The translations under genes and the position numbers were made by a program. The notes beneath the pieces are model-generated. The model was not told the origin of the DNA. It worked only from the letters and a program-made list of their open reading frames with translations, and searched no databases. Below, one piece after another: positions 50,942 to 62,004 of a DNA stretch of 63,850 bases; position 1 is the stretch's first letter; the number at the start of each line of letters is the position of its first letter. The stretch comes from Amoebophrya sp. A120 (lineage: Eukaryota > Protista > Dinoflagellata), in contig CAJINV010000002.1 in assembly GCA_905178155.1 (NCBI GenBank), forward strand, positions 7,098,893 to 7,162,742, given 5' to 3'.

Positions 50942-53900
50942 ATGTTGACGAGGAGTAATCTTTCTCCTTCCGGAGAACGCCAAAATGACCGTTCTGGGAT
51001 GGTGTTGGTCGTGAAACCGTACGGCCGCGAGCGCTGCTCCGTTTGTGCAGCAGGTCTCCTACTAGCGACGCTTCTTTGCTTCCTTGGAAACCCCTCAGCG
51101 AATTTTTGGGCTAGTGGTCGCATCGGTGATAAGCGGAAGAAGGACATAGTTATCAACGCGGCAGTGGGCCAGGAAGAGCCGGATGGCGAACAGGCAGACT
51201 TCGCTCAGGAAGATGAAGAACAAGCAGCACTCGGACCCGAGGAAGTGCAACCAGAACCTCAGTTTTTTCATCTTCGCAGCGCCAAAAAAAGTTCGGGATT
51301 TTCATCCTTCCCCAGCCTTGTTTCCACTTCCGACATGACCTCGTCCCTCGTGCAGCGAGCCGATTTCCCCCGACACCTTCCTTGTTTAACCGGCGATTGC
51401 CTCCCGCAAAACAGCATCCAGGGGTACGGGCTTCCTGGTCGTGTGGAGAACCATGCAGGTTCTACTTCAACAGCTCCACCCATTTCATTTACTGCAAGAA
51501 CGGTGCGGAGGCCAGGCGCCGACGTGGAGGACATGAGACTCTCGACGCAGGTTACGACCATGGACTTTCGCGGGACACAGCATTGGGACGTGCCCGTCGG
51601 CGGCAAGGACTACGTGGTGGTGCATGTAACCCGCGACAAGGCCGGAGGCGAAATTTCGGAAACATGGTCGCACCTGCCGCGGTTCAGGTTGCCCCATGAG
51701 TTGTTCAACCATCAGCACTGGCAGAGCGCTGTGCAGAAGGGGGTTAGATGGTTCGGAATCTATGGTCTCAACAAGACGGAAGAGGACGTCGATCTCCGAG
51801 AGGTGGTGATTTGGCACAGCGAGGCGGGTGGGCGCGAATGCAAGGAGCAACCGCATCAGGTGTTCATGGGGTATATCCAGCCAAACGGACCGCCTCCGTG
51901 CACGCAGCCAAGCATGGAACCGATCCCGAGTGCCTGGTCCACCCTCCTGGGAAGCGAAACAAACAGCGCAACCAACGCCCATGACGGAAAGCCAAGAAGC
52001 GAGGGAAATCACATGGAGCTAAAGTACGAAAATAAAACAATCAAGGACGGGCTCATAAAAATGGACATCTTAAACTTCACTGTCCTGACAGTGAGCGAAG
52101 GCGACAATTTTGATTGGGGCCTGCGTCGTAACCATTGGGCCCATCTGCGAGGCTTCGAACTGCCCGAGGCATTTCAGCAACAGGACGTCGTTACATCTGC
52201 AGAGACTCAGCATCCAGGCCGTTATATCTGGTTTGGAGTGTGGTCGCCTTTTTTCCCCGGTCTTGACGAACTCGAGCCGGCTATGCGGGAGTTCACGGGC
52301 CAGTACGAACTCGTGGTATGCATTGCAAATATGCCCTCTGGGTAAGGAACGTTGTGAACTAACTTGTGATGCTCTCTGTCCTGCATCTTCACACGAAAAT
52401 CTGTAATTCGTAGCGTACCCGGTCAGCAAAAAGAAAAAAACATAGCTCCGAGGCCGATCCACATGATGATGATGATGATGATGATAATGATGGTCTCGAT
52501 GTGTAACAAAACCTGTCCACATCATCACATCAACTTTTGGCCACGTACTTGAAAGTCAAAGTCGTGCATTGCTCATGCGTAATAGGCATAGCAAAGGTGT
52601 TGCAGATGAAGCAGTACCTGCATGCCTTCCAGACCCAGACATATTTGCATTCGATATGTGGTCATGTGGCACAACATCAAGGATGGCACCGAATGCATCG
52701 ACTTTAGAACAGAGCCAAGATACAGCGATCCCTGCGATACGGAAACCGCTCGACCAATTCCCGAGTCCTGGACGAGAGGTTTTGCCTTCGAGCCGATCCA
52801 GTTCGTGAATGACACAGTTCTTGCTGCGCTCGAAGCGGAGATGCGACCGCCCGGCCAGAAAAAACCGTGGGTCTACACAAACGAAACAGTTCGCTGGTAT
52901 GGCAAAACTGACTACGTAACGACGACGGAGTGGGAAGGAGACAACTACGGCTGGGGGCATCGCCGGACGTGGTGGGCGCACTTACCTACGTTTCAGTTCC
53001 CGAAGTCAGTCGACCGACAGGAGGTCCAAGGGTTTCGAGAAAAAAACGGCGGGGCGGTTTGGCTCGGTTTGCGCGCTCATTTTGGTGGAACCCGCGACAA
53101 CACTCTTCTTGAAGTGAGAAGGCCCGCAGACACCATGGTCATCATCTGGCACAACGAAGCCACCGGGGCCGAATGCGTCGAGTTCGACAGGGAGTCAAAG
53201 TACGGCGGGCCGTGCTTGTCGCCACGCGCCCGACCGATTCCCAGCTCGTGGAAAAAAGAAGCATCCGGTGTGTCGTTTTCGCAAAAGGCCAGTCGGGATT
53301 CAACCACCAGCTTCCAGCTCAACCCCCCGTCGCCCTCTCTACTGCGAGGTGGAAAAACTACGGCCTCAGTGTCCTTCGTGCAGGAAGAAAAAACGGGACG
53401 CAAAAAAGAACAACAGGGTTACAGTTCCGGCAGCACGTCCTGTGGGTCCAGTGGAGAGGACGTTTCCTCCCCTCGCAGCTCCAGCTCCTTTGCGCAACTA
53501 CAACAAGGGACGACGACACTGTCCGATGCTGAAAGCGCGGCGCAACAACTGGAAGCTTTGCAAGATGTGCGGGAGCAGGCACATCAAAAGGGGTTCACGG
53601 TTGACAAAGACGGGCACGTCAGTGCCTTGGCGAGTGGAGGAAGCAGTAACGGGGTCCCCGATTTGGATTATATCGCAAGAAAAACTGTCTCAGTCTCAAC
53701 TTGTCATGCGGAATTCCCTTGAGACAGTTAGTTTTTTTTTTTTGCCATGCTCGACATGCAAGAAACGCGTCTTTCGTATGTGTTTTCCCTTGTAGAAGTG
53801 TCTACGCATCTACTTCACATCAACATGCTGAGCAAAAAAATTGTAGTGCTGAGTCTGCAAAGGTTCGAGACTAAGACAGTTTTTTCTCACGAAAGCCGAC

Positions 53901-54052
53901 TTTCCGATACCGATAGACCGCCGGTACTACCAGTTCGAGCAAATCGAGAGCCGAATCGCGGAGGAGAAACTGGAACAAGAACGTGCCGACCGCTTGGTGG
54001 AGCAGAGCCTCGTCCACGGGGGAGTAGCTGAGCAGAGCCGATCCACTGATGA

Positions 54053-54083
<31 letters not shown>

Positions 54084-54678
54084 GCGCATGATGAGCAGGA
54101 TGGTGCTGGGCACAGCCCGGTCGCGGCTCCTTTGCAAGGTTCTTGGACCACGACCACCAGGAACACACCCTGTGGTTGCTTCACCGCCGAAAATTATGGT
54201 GAGAGCGAGAGGCATGTATTTTTTTTGCGATGTGTTTTCGGTTTTACATCGTACAGAATACATGCTTACGGAGTATACTGGAGGAGAACGGCCGCAGATT
54301 CGTACACTGTGCATCGTACATCATGCACGCAGTGTACTAGGGTGGGTCACGTACTAGGGTAGGGCACAGTGTACAGGTAAAGCCTCCAATGTACTTTGTA
54401 AGCATGTATTCTGTACGATGTAAAACCGAAAACACATCGCAAAAAAAGCGCATGCCTCTCGCCCCCACCATACCCGTTGCTTCGGGTGCCAGCACAGCAC
54501 CTGGAACTCTCTTCCACAGGACGACTCCTTTCCATCGTACGACTCGGACGACGGATACGTGTCGGATATTGGGCACCGCCCGGGAGTTCCAGTGTACCTG
54601 GCCGGGAGAAGTAAAGGACCCTCGTCTAGGTCCTCGGGACTCGGTGGTGCAATTTCGTCCTTCGGGGGGAGACGCTGA
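50942..54678 (+). CDS. Secreted or membrane-anchored modular protein, paralog 1
   Basis: Hydrophobic AAGLLLATLLCFLG; repeats W.HL..F..P...WFG...VVIWH..G.EC...PC...PIP.SW; interrupted by elements at 52317, 53671 and 54195; ends ..ISSFGGRR* as in paralog 2. Last junctions uncertain. Confidence 0.75.
52317..52656. mobile_element. Introner, family A
   Basis: TATGCATTGCAAATATG..CTGGGT / ACCCAGACATATTTGCATTCGATA. Flanks CGTGG / TGTGG. Removing 345 nt gives ELVVMWHN, matching sister repeats EVVIWHS and MVIIWHN. Confidence 0.9.
53671..53915. mobile_element. Degenerate introner
   Basis: TATCGCAAGAAAAACTGTCTCAGTCTC / GAGACTAAGACAGTTTTTTCTCACG. Absent from the paralog (~59447-59460). Boundary unclear: 250 or 256 nt both restore the frame. 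Confidence 0.7.
54195..54472. mobile_element. Introner with ~90-bp TIRs
   Basis: TATGGTGAGAGCGAGAGGCATG..GCGATGTGTTTTCGGTTTTACATCGTACAGAATACATGCTTAC is mirrored at ~54383-54472, ending CCCCCACCATA. No intact direct repeat. Confidence 0.85.
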
Positions 54679-55925
54679 TGAATAAAACGTTGACTGTGGA
54701 GGTGGAAGGAGCAGCTTCGAATGAATTTCAATTTTTTCGATCTATTTGTATTTCGTCGATTCAGGAAATCGAAATTCCGAAGACCAAAGCCGTTGACTAA
54801 CTGCGACCAGTAGAGTCGTCATTTTCTGTCTTCCTCTTCCTTCTCCTGAAGAAGAAGATTAAGATTTAGTATGCGCGACTTCGCGCTCGGGCTTCGTCTT
54901 CCGCTTCCCACTGACTTGGAGGACTTGCACTAGCTTACAAATGAAACAAAAATATTACAATTGTCTTTGACGAATCTAATCAGCAGCACCAGAATTACAG
55001 CAAAGACGCTGAAATTTATGCCTCGTATGTTGGAATAGCCGTACCCGTATGTTTCTACATTGTAATTTTTTTTCGATTTCGATTTCGTTTTCTTGTGCTG
55101 ATGATCTTCTACCGAATTTGGTTTTTTGATGTTTGTTGTGACTACTCTCAGTTTGATGTCAATATGTAAAAAAAATTAATGTCCTGTTCGAACGTATCCT
55201 TCTGCGACTCTAACCAGATCCAAGTGAGCGTGATGTTCTTATTCATTCATAAGTTGTTTTGGTGACGAGCACAAGTTTAGAAAAAAATCTGGCAAAGAGG
55301 TTGTGTTAGTTGTAAGTTAGTCTTGTTTGTTTGATGCTCACATGATTGGGTTGATGTTCGTGAAATTCGTCGAGAATGATCTCGGTGATCGTCGCAACCG
55401 GGGATGTTGAAGATATTTTCATGAATCCACAGAAGCATCGTTTCTCTTCTTCAATGAGCCATCAACATCGTTTGTCTTCTCCAAAGTAGTACCCATAAAC
55501 TACATCGTCGTGTGGTGCAACAAAGATTTCACTCGTTGGGAATGTCCTCCTCGTAAACTTCGTAACCAAGTAAACCAGATCCTTCCTCCATTAAGCACTT
55601 GGTAATGGTGCTTACAGCATGTCGCATTGATGAGTTCGTGAAAAAGACGAGGAAGAATAATTACTGAAGCGTAGGCTTCTTTCAAACAAATTCTATCTAG
55701 GAAGGAATTGGATTGATTCTTTTTTTTTTTTGTCATGTTGTTCGTTGATTGTTTTAGGACGAGCAAGGGCATTTTAGAAACCTAAGACCCGTTGGTATTA
55801 TTCTTGATCACTCAGAAGTAGTCTCAAGAAATAGCGCAATCAAAACATCACCATGTTGATGAGGAGTCTCAGTCTGTAATCTTTCTCCTTCCACCGGCAA
55901 ACATCATCGCAAGGACCGTTCTGGG

Positions 55926-58900
55926 ATGGTGCTGTTGGTCGTGAAACCGTACGGCCGCGAGCGCTGCTCCGTTTGTGCAGCAGGTCTACTGCTAGCAACG
56001 CTTCTTTGCTTGTTCCTTGGACACCCCTCAGCGAATTTTTGGGCTAGTGGTCGCATCGGCGATAAGCGGAAAAACATAATCATCAGCGCCATCAACGACC
56101 AGGAGGAACATGATGGCGAGCAGGCAGACTCCGCTCAAGAAGATGATGAAGTAGAACATCAAGCGGCACTCGACGGACCCGATGAAATGCAAGATGAACC
56201 TCAGTTTTTTCATCTCGGATCGATGCGGCCCAGCTCGTGGAAAAAAGAAGCATCCGGTGTGTCGTTCTCGCAAAAGGCCAAAGATTCAACGACCAGCTTC
56301 CAGTCGCACCCACTGTCCTCTCAACTGCGAGGTGGAAAAGCTACAACCTCAGCGTGGTCCTTCGTGCAGGAAGAAAAAGTGGGAAGGAACAAAAAAGACG
56401 TGAAGAACGGATTTCCATATCCGGATCCTTCTCCGAGGCTCAAGAAGTACGGGTATGGAAAAAATTACACGCAGGTGCATGAGTTTGTGATAGTCATGTA
56501 TAAAAACGCGCAAGGCGAACCGAGAGCCGAGAAGTACACTGCGCTCACAAACGCCAAGGGGTACACTACCTGGGCGCACCTGCCAAACCACAGCTTTCGA
56601 GCGAGCAATGACGAGCTGCTGAGGGAGACAGAGCATTGGGTCCAGAGAGCTCCGGTGATCGATACCAACGGCATCAATCAGGGCCTTCGGTTCGGTGTCA
56701 CCCTGCTGGACATCCATCCAGATTTTCCACATGCCCAATTTGGGCCGACGACGGAGTGGTACGATCCGGCGGCTGGCACAGCACACGTCGACCTTCTCTT
56801 CGACGACGGCGACCCTAGTATGGAGGAAGAGAAGTTGACAACTTTCGGACATGCAAATTTTCCCGTGCAAAAAGCGCACGCTACTGCCGATAGCGGTGAA
56901 GAGCTCCCACTGCCTCCGACGTCGACGCGGAAGCCGCTGGCGCTGGCGCGCATCACTAGCCTCGGAGGCGGGCGGCTGGAGTACGAGTACAGTCTTCTGT
57001 TACAACCGGACGCCGAAAACGATGATGCCGGGGGGGCCAGCAACGAAACAGCCGGACCCGCAGCACTTGGCGGAACTTACGTCACGTACTACGCCGAGGC
57101 GAATCATGGGCACGCACAGTGGAAGTCCCCTTCGCTTAGCTTTACTTTAGCTAAGCCTGAAGAGGTGAACGGTGATGATGATGATGATCATAATGCTACT
57201 AGGAAACGGAAAGTAGAGTGGGGCGCCACCTTCCCGTTTTTGGATGCGAAACAGACACGCGCTTCTCTCCTAAAAAACGACGTCACCGCGACCGAGATCG
57301 ACCCGCATTCGGTGTCGTTTGGGCTCGTGCAGGTCAACACTGAACAAGTGGATCCCGATGACAGCGACAGCTTCAAACTAACGGTGGGAAATCCGGTGGT
57401 GGAAAGTTTTTTCGTTCCGCCCGGTGGCGAACGACCGAAAACGTTCGTGACAGCCTCTGGCAGAATCCCTGGGGGGCGGTATCTGACAGAATCCGGTGAG
57501 CGCCGCATCGCCCCACCAGCACACGCAAAGAGCACAAATACCAGTTCGGGCGGCACGTGGTCCTGCGGCTGCAGCGGAGACGCGTCTTCTCCCAACCCAG
57601 CAAGCTCCTTTGCGCAGGGAGACGCACAGGATAAGTCCCGTAGCTGCGGGTCTACTTGTGCAGGGCGAGAAGAAGACCACCACGATGACCATGCTGAAGA
57701 AAGGACCACTTCGGCTGCCGCTGCCGCAGATGCACATCCCCCACGGTACATGGGTGTGGATGTTCACGAGTTTCTGGTCTTCGGGCGGATGTGGAGGAGC
57801 GCGCTGGACGTACAGGGGAAGGTATGGGTGTGTCAGGTTGGAACTTTGCAAAGCGGAAAAAATGATGTTGAGCCAACATGGCGCTCCATCAACTGTCTGA
57901 GGTCATGAAACAAACGTAGAGAGACTGTCACGATTGGGGAGATTGCAGGGGCACTAGACGAAAGGACATGGCTCTGCCCTAAGCTAACATCGTGTTGACG
58001 GATTGTCTCTAAGGGCGAGACCCAGAAGCAGATAGCTTTGCCATGCGTTGCGTTACCACTTGCGGCCCTGCCTAGCAGTATTAAAGGCCATCGTCGTGAT
58101 GTCTCATATTTAAAAAGGCCGACCGCGCGCCTCGCCCCCGACTGATCCTCGTACGAGAGGGATCGGGATCGGGCGTGACAAATTCGACGAAGATTGAGAC
58201 CCTTTCTCTATGTCGATGATGACACGCACTTTTTTTCCATTTTCGCACTTTCCTGCCTGGCACGCCCATGAAGGGAGGTCAACTTGTACCGTGCGGTCAC
58301 GAGCCCCACGGGTCGCACCACCTGGGTCCTCGGTCCAGGTGCGACCGACCACGACTTTGCGGAGATTAATCGTCACCGGGGGGTGACGTTGCCGGTGATC
58401 GACTACAACGGTATTCACCAGGGCCCTCGCCTCGGGGTCGCCCTTTTGGACCGCATGTACGTGGACGAGTTCCTCTGGGATCATTCGACGCCCCCAGAAC
58501 CCGCCCTCACGGAGTGGTACGATCCAGCGGCTGGCACAGCGTCTATCGAGCCGCAGGACCGGAACGAGCTTGATCACGATGATGAACCCGCACTGGCGCT
58601 GGCTTCTGACGCGACGAAAAACAAGAAGCCGCTGCTACAGCAGCGCATCACTGGCCTTCCAAACGGCCGGAAAGAGTTCGAGTTCCGTGTACTGCTAGCG
58701 GACGACGACTTGCATGCTGTCGGCGCGGGGGACGACAAGCACAAGAGGAACAAGGCAGCTACAGGAACAAGAACAACTCCTGGGGATGAACGTGAAAAGT
58801 ACATCCATTACTATGCGGAAGCGGACACGGGTGGACATACCCAGTGGAAGTTCCTTCCGTTTAACTCTACTACGAGGGAAGAGTGGCCAAGCCTCCCGCT

Positions 58901-60636
58901 GCTGGACTTCCAGGTCAGCTCCACCTACGACTATCAAGACCACCGCGTCGATCCGCACACCCTCAGTTTTGGCCTCGTTGAGATCCACCTAGGAGATCAT
59001 GATCCCGACGATAGCAGCAGACTTGTTCTCGAAGCAGGCGGTCCTCCTCTGACGGTGTTGGTTCCAAATCCGCCCCGCGGCGGACGACCGCCACTCGTCG
59101 TGGACCACGGTTCTGGCGCACCAATTGGTGGGGCGGGAGCTGGAGGTAGTGCGCAGCTGCCCGAGTCGGCCTCGTCGTCGAAACTAAATGCCGCAAACAG
59201 CACAAATTTCAGTTCGGGTAGAAGCACGTCCTGTGGGTCCAGTGGAGAGGACGTTTCCTCCCCTCGCAGCTCCAGCTCCTTTGCGCAACTACAACAAGGG
59301 ACGACGACATTGTCCGAAGATACTGAACGCGCGGAGCAAGAACTCGAAGCTTTGCAAGACGCGAGGGAGCAGGCACATCAAACGGGGTTCACGGTTGACA
59401 AAAACGGGCACGTCAGCGCCTTGGCGAGTGGAAGTAGTAACAGTCAGCCCGACCGGTACCAGTTCCAGGAAATTGAGAGCCGAATCGCGGATGATATGAC
59501 AGTGCACAACTCCCCCTCCCCCTAATTTGTCATGCAAAATACCAAATCCAGACTGTGTTTCTTGGAACTGTTTGCATGACAAACTCCGGAATAAGCCCAA
59601 ACAGCACTACACTCCTGTGGAAATTTGTCATGCAAAACCGGCATTCTTGCTGACCCTTGTATTGCCGTTCATGCTATACAAATGAGGGGGGGGGGGGGCA
59701 GTTGTGCATTGTCATAGATGAGCAGCTGGAACAGGAACGCGCCGACCACTTGGTGGAGCAAAGCCTCGCCCACGGGGGAGTAGCCGAGCAGGATGGTGGT
59801 GGGCACGCCGTGGTCGCGGCTCCTGCGCAACATTTCGAACAAACTGTCACGAGTCAACATCACAGCAAGCGCGAGCTCGAACCGGATTGCACATCCTGTG
59901 GTTGCATCGAGTGCCACGATCTCAGCGACGACCGCGCATCCTACATTCATCATCGAAGCTCTCCCCCCCACTTTTGGCACCAGGTATCAAATGCAAATAT
60001 GTCTGGGTCTGGAAGCTTGTGATGCAAAAATGTGGATGATGGAAGCAGTTTCCTTCGCACGCAACTTAGCATGACAACTTTCCACACCTCCGCTTTTTCA
60101 TGATAGGCAATCCGCATCAGAAACTGCGTGCTTGCATGTACAAAAGAGGCTGCGACTTTTGTTGGTTATGCAATACAGATTTCCTCGGTATGGAAAGCTA
60201 GCACTACAAGTTGCATATTTCCAGACCCAGAGACTTTTGCACTTGATACAGGAGTTCTTACTACGATTCCTCTTCATCGGACGACTCGTATCACGGGGGA
60301 TACGGTATGAACTGCAAAAGTATCGTACTCGTACTAATCGTAATCGCGTTTATGCATTCACAAATCTTTTTGTTAAGGAAAATCTGCATTACAAATTTAA
60401 TTTGTAATGCTAAGTCAATTTGTATATGCACTTATACGAGTACGATACTTTTTCAATTCATATACTTACACAGTGCGGGAAGCCAAATCGGCGGCGCCAA
60501 AGACATGCTGAAGGCGGGCGCAGTTGGCGCCGCGGTGGGAGCGGCCGGAGGATACCTGGCCGGGAGGAGTAAAGGATCCTCGTCGTCCTCGGGTGGGCTC
60601 GGCGGTGCAATTTCGTCTTTCGGGGGGAGACGCTGA
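55926..60636 (+). CDS. Secreted or membrane-anchored modular protein, paralog 2
   Basis: Same N- and C-termini as paralog 1. Two copies of a domain with VHEF..TTW..PVID.NGI.QG.R.GV.LLD..TEWYDPAAGTA..YYAEA..GH.QWK..DPH..SFGLV..DPDDS. Interrupted by four TIR elements. Confidence 0.78.
57823..58270. mobile_element. Diverged introner
   Basis: TATGGGTGTGTCAGGTTGGAA..GGAAAAAA / TTTTTTCC..TTCCTGCCTGGCACGCCCATG. AAGG on both flanks. Removing 453 nt (57822-58274) or 456 nt (GT-AG) keeps the frame. Confidence 0.75.
59495..59716. mobile_element. Introner
   Basis: TATGACAGTGCACAACTCCCCC / GGGGGCAGTTGTGCATTGTCATA. Perfect GATGA direct repeat (59490-94 / 59717-21). Empty site GAGGA in paralog 1 (53961-65). 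Confidence 0.93.
59985..60248. mobile_element. Introner, family A
   Basis: TATCAAATGCAAATATGTCTGGGTCTGGAA / TTCCAGACCCAGAGACTTTTGCACTTGATA. CAGG on both flanks. Confidence 0.9.
60306..60462. mobile_element. Introner, family B
   Basis: TATGAACTGCAAAAGTATCGTACTCGTA / TACGAGTACGATACTTTTTCAATTCATA. Flanks TACGG / TACTT. Shares its TIR with 40092-40241. Confidence 0.88.
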
Positions 60637-62004
60637 AAACGTTGACTGGTGGAAGAAACAGCTTCGAATGAATTTCAATTAGTTCAATTTTTTCAATTTA
60701 CTTTGTCGATGTTGAAGACGACAGCTGTTGACTCATGATCTTTCGCGTTGCGCACCTACTTCTAACAACAAGGTCTTAGGCTCCAAAGTGATTGATACAG
60801 GCGCTCATATGTTGAATCTTGAAACTGCGACCAGGGTCGTCATTTTCTGTCTTCGTTCACCTGATTTATTGCGCTCGGCTTCGCGCTCGGGCTTCGTCTT
60901 CCGCACTGACTTTGACTTGCGCTAGCTGGCAAATACAAATGAAAAAAATTAGAAGAGCAATTGTCTTTGATGAAACAATCAGCAACAGGAACAGCATGAC
61001 AGCAAAGACATTTGATTCTTTTATGCCTTATATGAAATAGCCGTATATTTCTGTAGCGTTTTTCGATTTATTCGTTGTCTTGTTCTCATGATCTCTTATT
61101 TTGGCAAAGCTTTCTGAATTTAATTTGATCATGTTTGTTGTGACTACTATCAGCTTGCTATGTAAACAAATTAATTTCCGGATCGACCTTATCTTTATGA
61201 GACTCTAACCAGATCCAAGTGAACGTGCTGATGCTCTTATTCTAGCTGTTTTCATGACAAGTTTCCAAAAAAATCTGGCAAAGAGGTTGAGTTAGCTGTA
61301 AACGAGTCTTGTTAATCTACGCTTTGTCTTTCGTTTATTCAGTACTTACCTTATCCAGCTAACATAAACATTTTCGTTGCATTCATCTTGCAAATCAAAC
61401 GTGGAAATGCGACCACGCCGTTGTATCTATGTCGCGTCAGCAATTTGGGATATTACATGCAAAGCTTTTTGCTTCTCCATGATCATATAGAACAGAGAAA
61501 CGCAACATGCCATCAAACGTTGGAGTGTATTCGGGACGTTGTTTACACATTGTGATCATTGTCCCTTTGCTTTTTTCGCACGGAGCATCACGTAGTCTGT
61601 GTGGATGCTCAAGTACGGGTAGCGAACTAGCGCCAAGAAGAATAATGATGTTCTGACCGAGGCATTCAATAATTTCAGAGGTTGGCAGAAGCATTCATTG
61701 TTGCTGAGTCCTGCTTTTTCTTTTTATTTGCAGATCTTGAAATAATTTCTCTCTCTCTTTCTACTTCTTCTATGTCTCCTGATTATGATAGCGGTCGAGG
61801 CGGGTGAGGAGCGTTCTTGAAAGAATAGTAGAGTGAGACCAGGACGATCAACATGCTGCGCCAGCACACGGACACGTTGGTCGAACGCTGCGGTTTCTGC
61901 GGGCTTGTTTCTCGCTGCCGCGCAGGAGCCGCAGTGAAGAGCTCCTCATGCTAAATCGTTGTATCTTGCAGCAAATTATTGCCTCTGATGTATCAATTGG
62001 TTGA

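Larger units (their letters stand above)
50434..61313 (+). repeat. Tandem segmental duplication, junction ~55330
   Basis: 50434-51270 matches 55334-56215 (upstream DNA plus N-terminus). 54600-55330 matches 60555-61313 (C-terminus plus downstream DNA). Confidence 0.9.

Noticed and set aside
13636-52622. Stop-codon readthrough or alternative genetic code joining same-frame ORFs (13636/13649, 18974/19008, 52345/52622)
   Set aside because: Each stop lies inside an intron or TIR element whose removal gives a better protein.
54049-54357. Poly-His ORF
   Set aside because: A (CAT)n microsatellite read in the wrong frame. The paralog-supported frame encodes poly-Ser.
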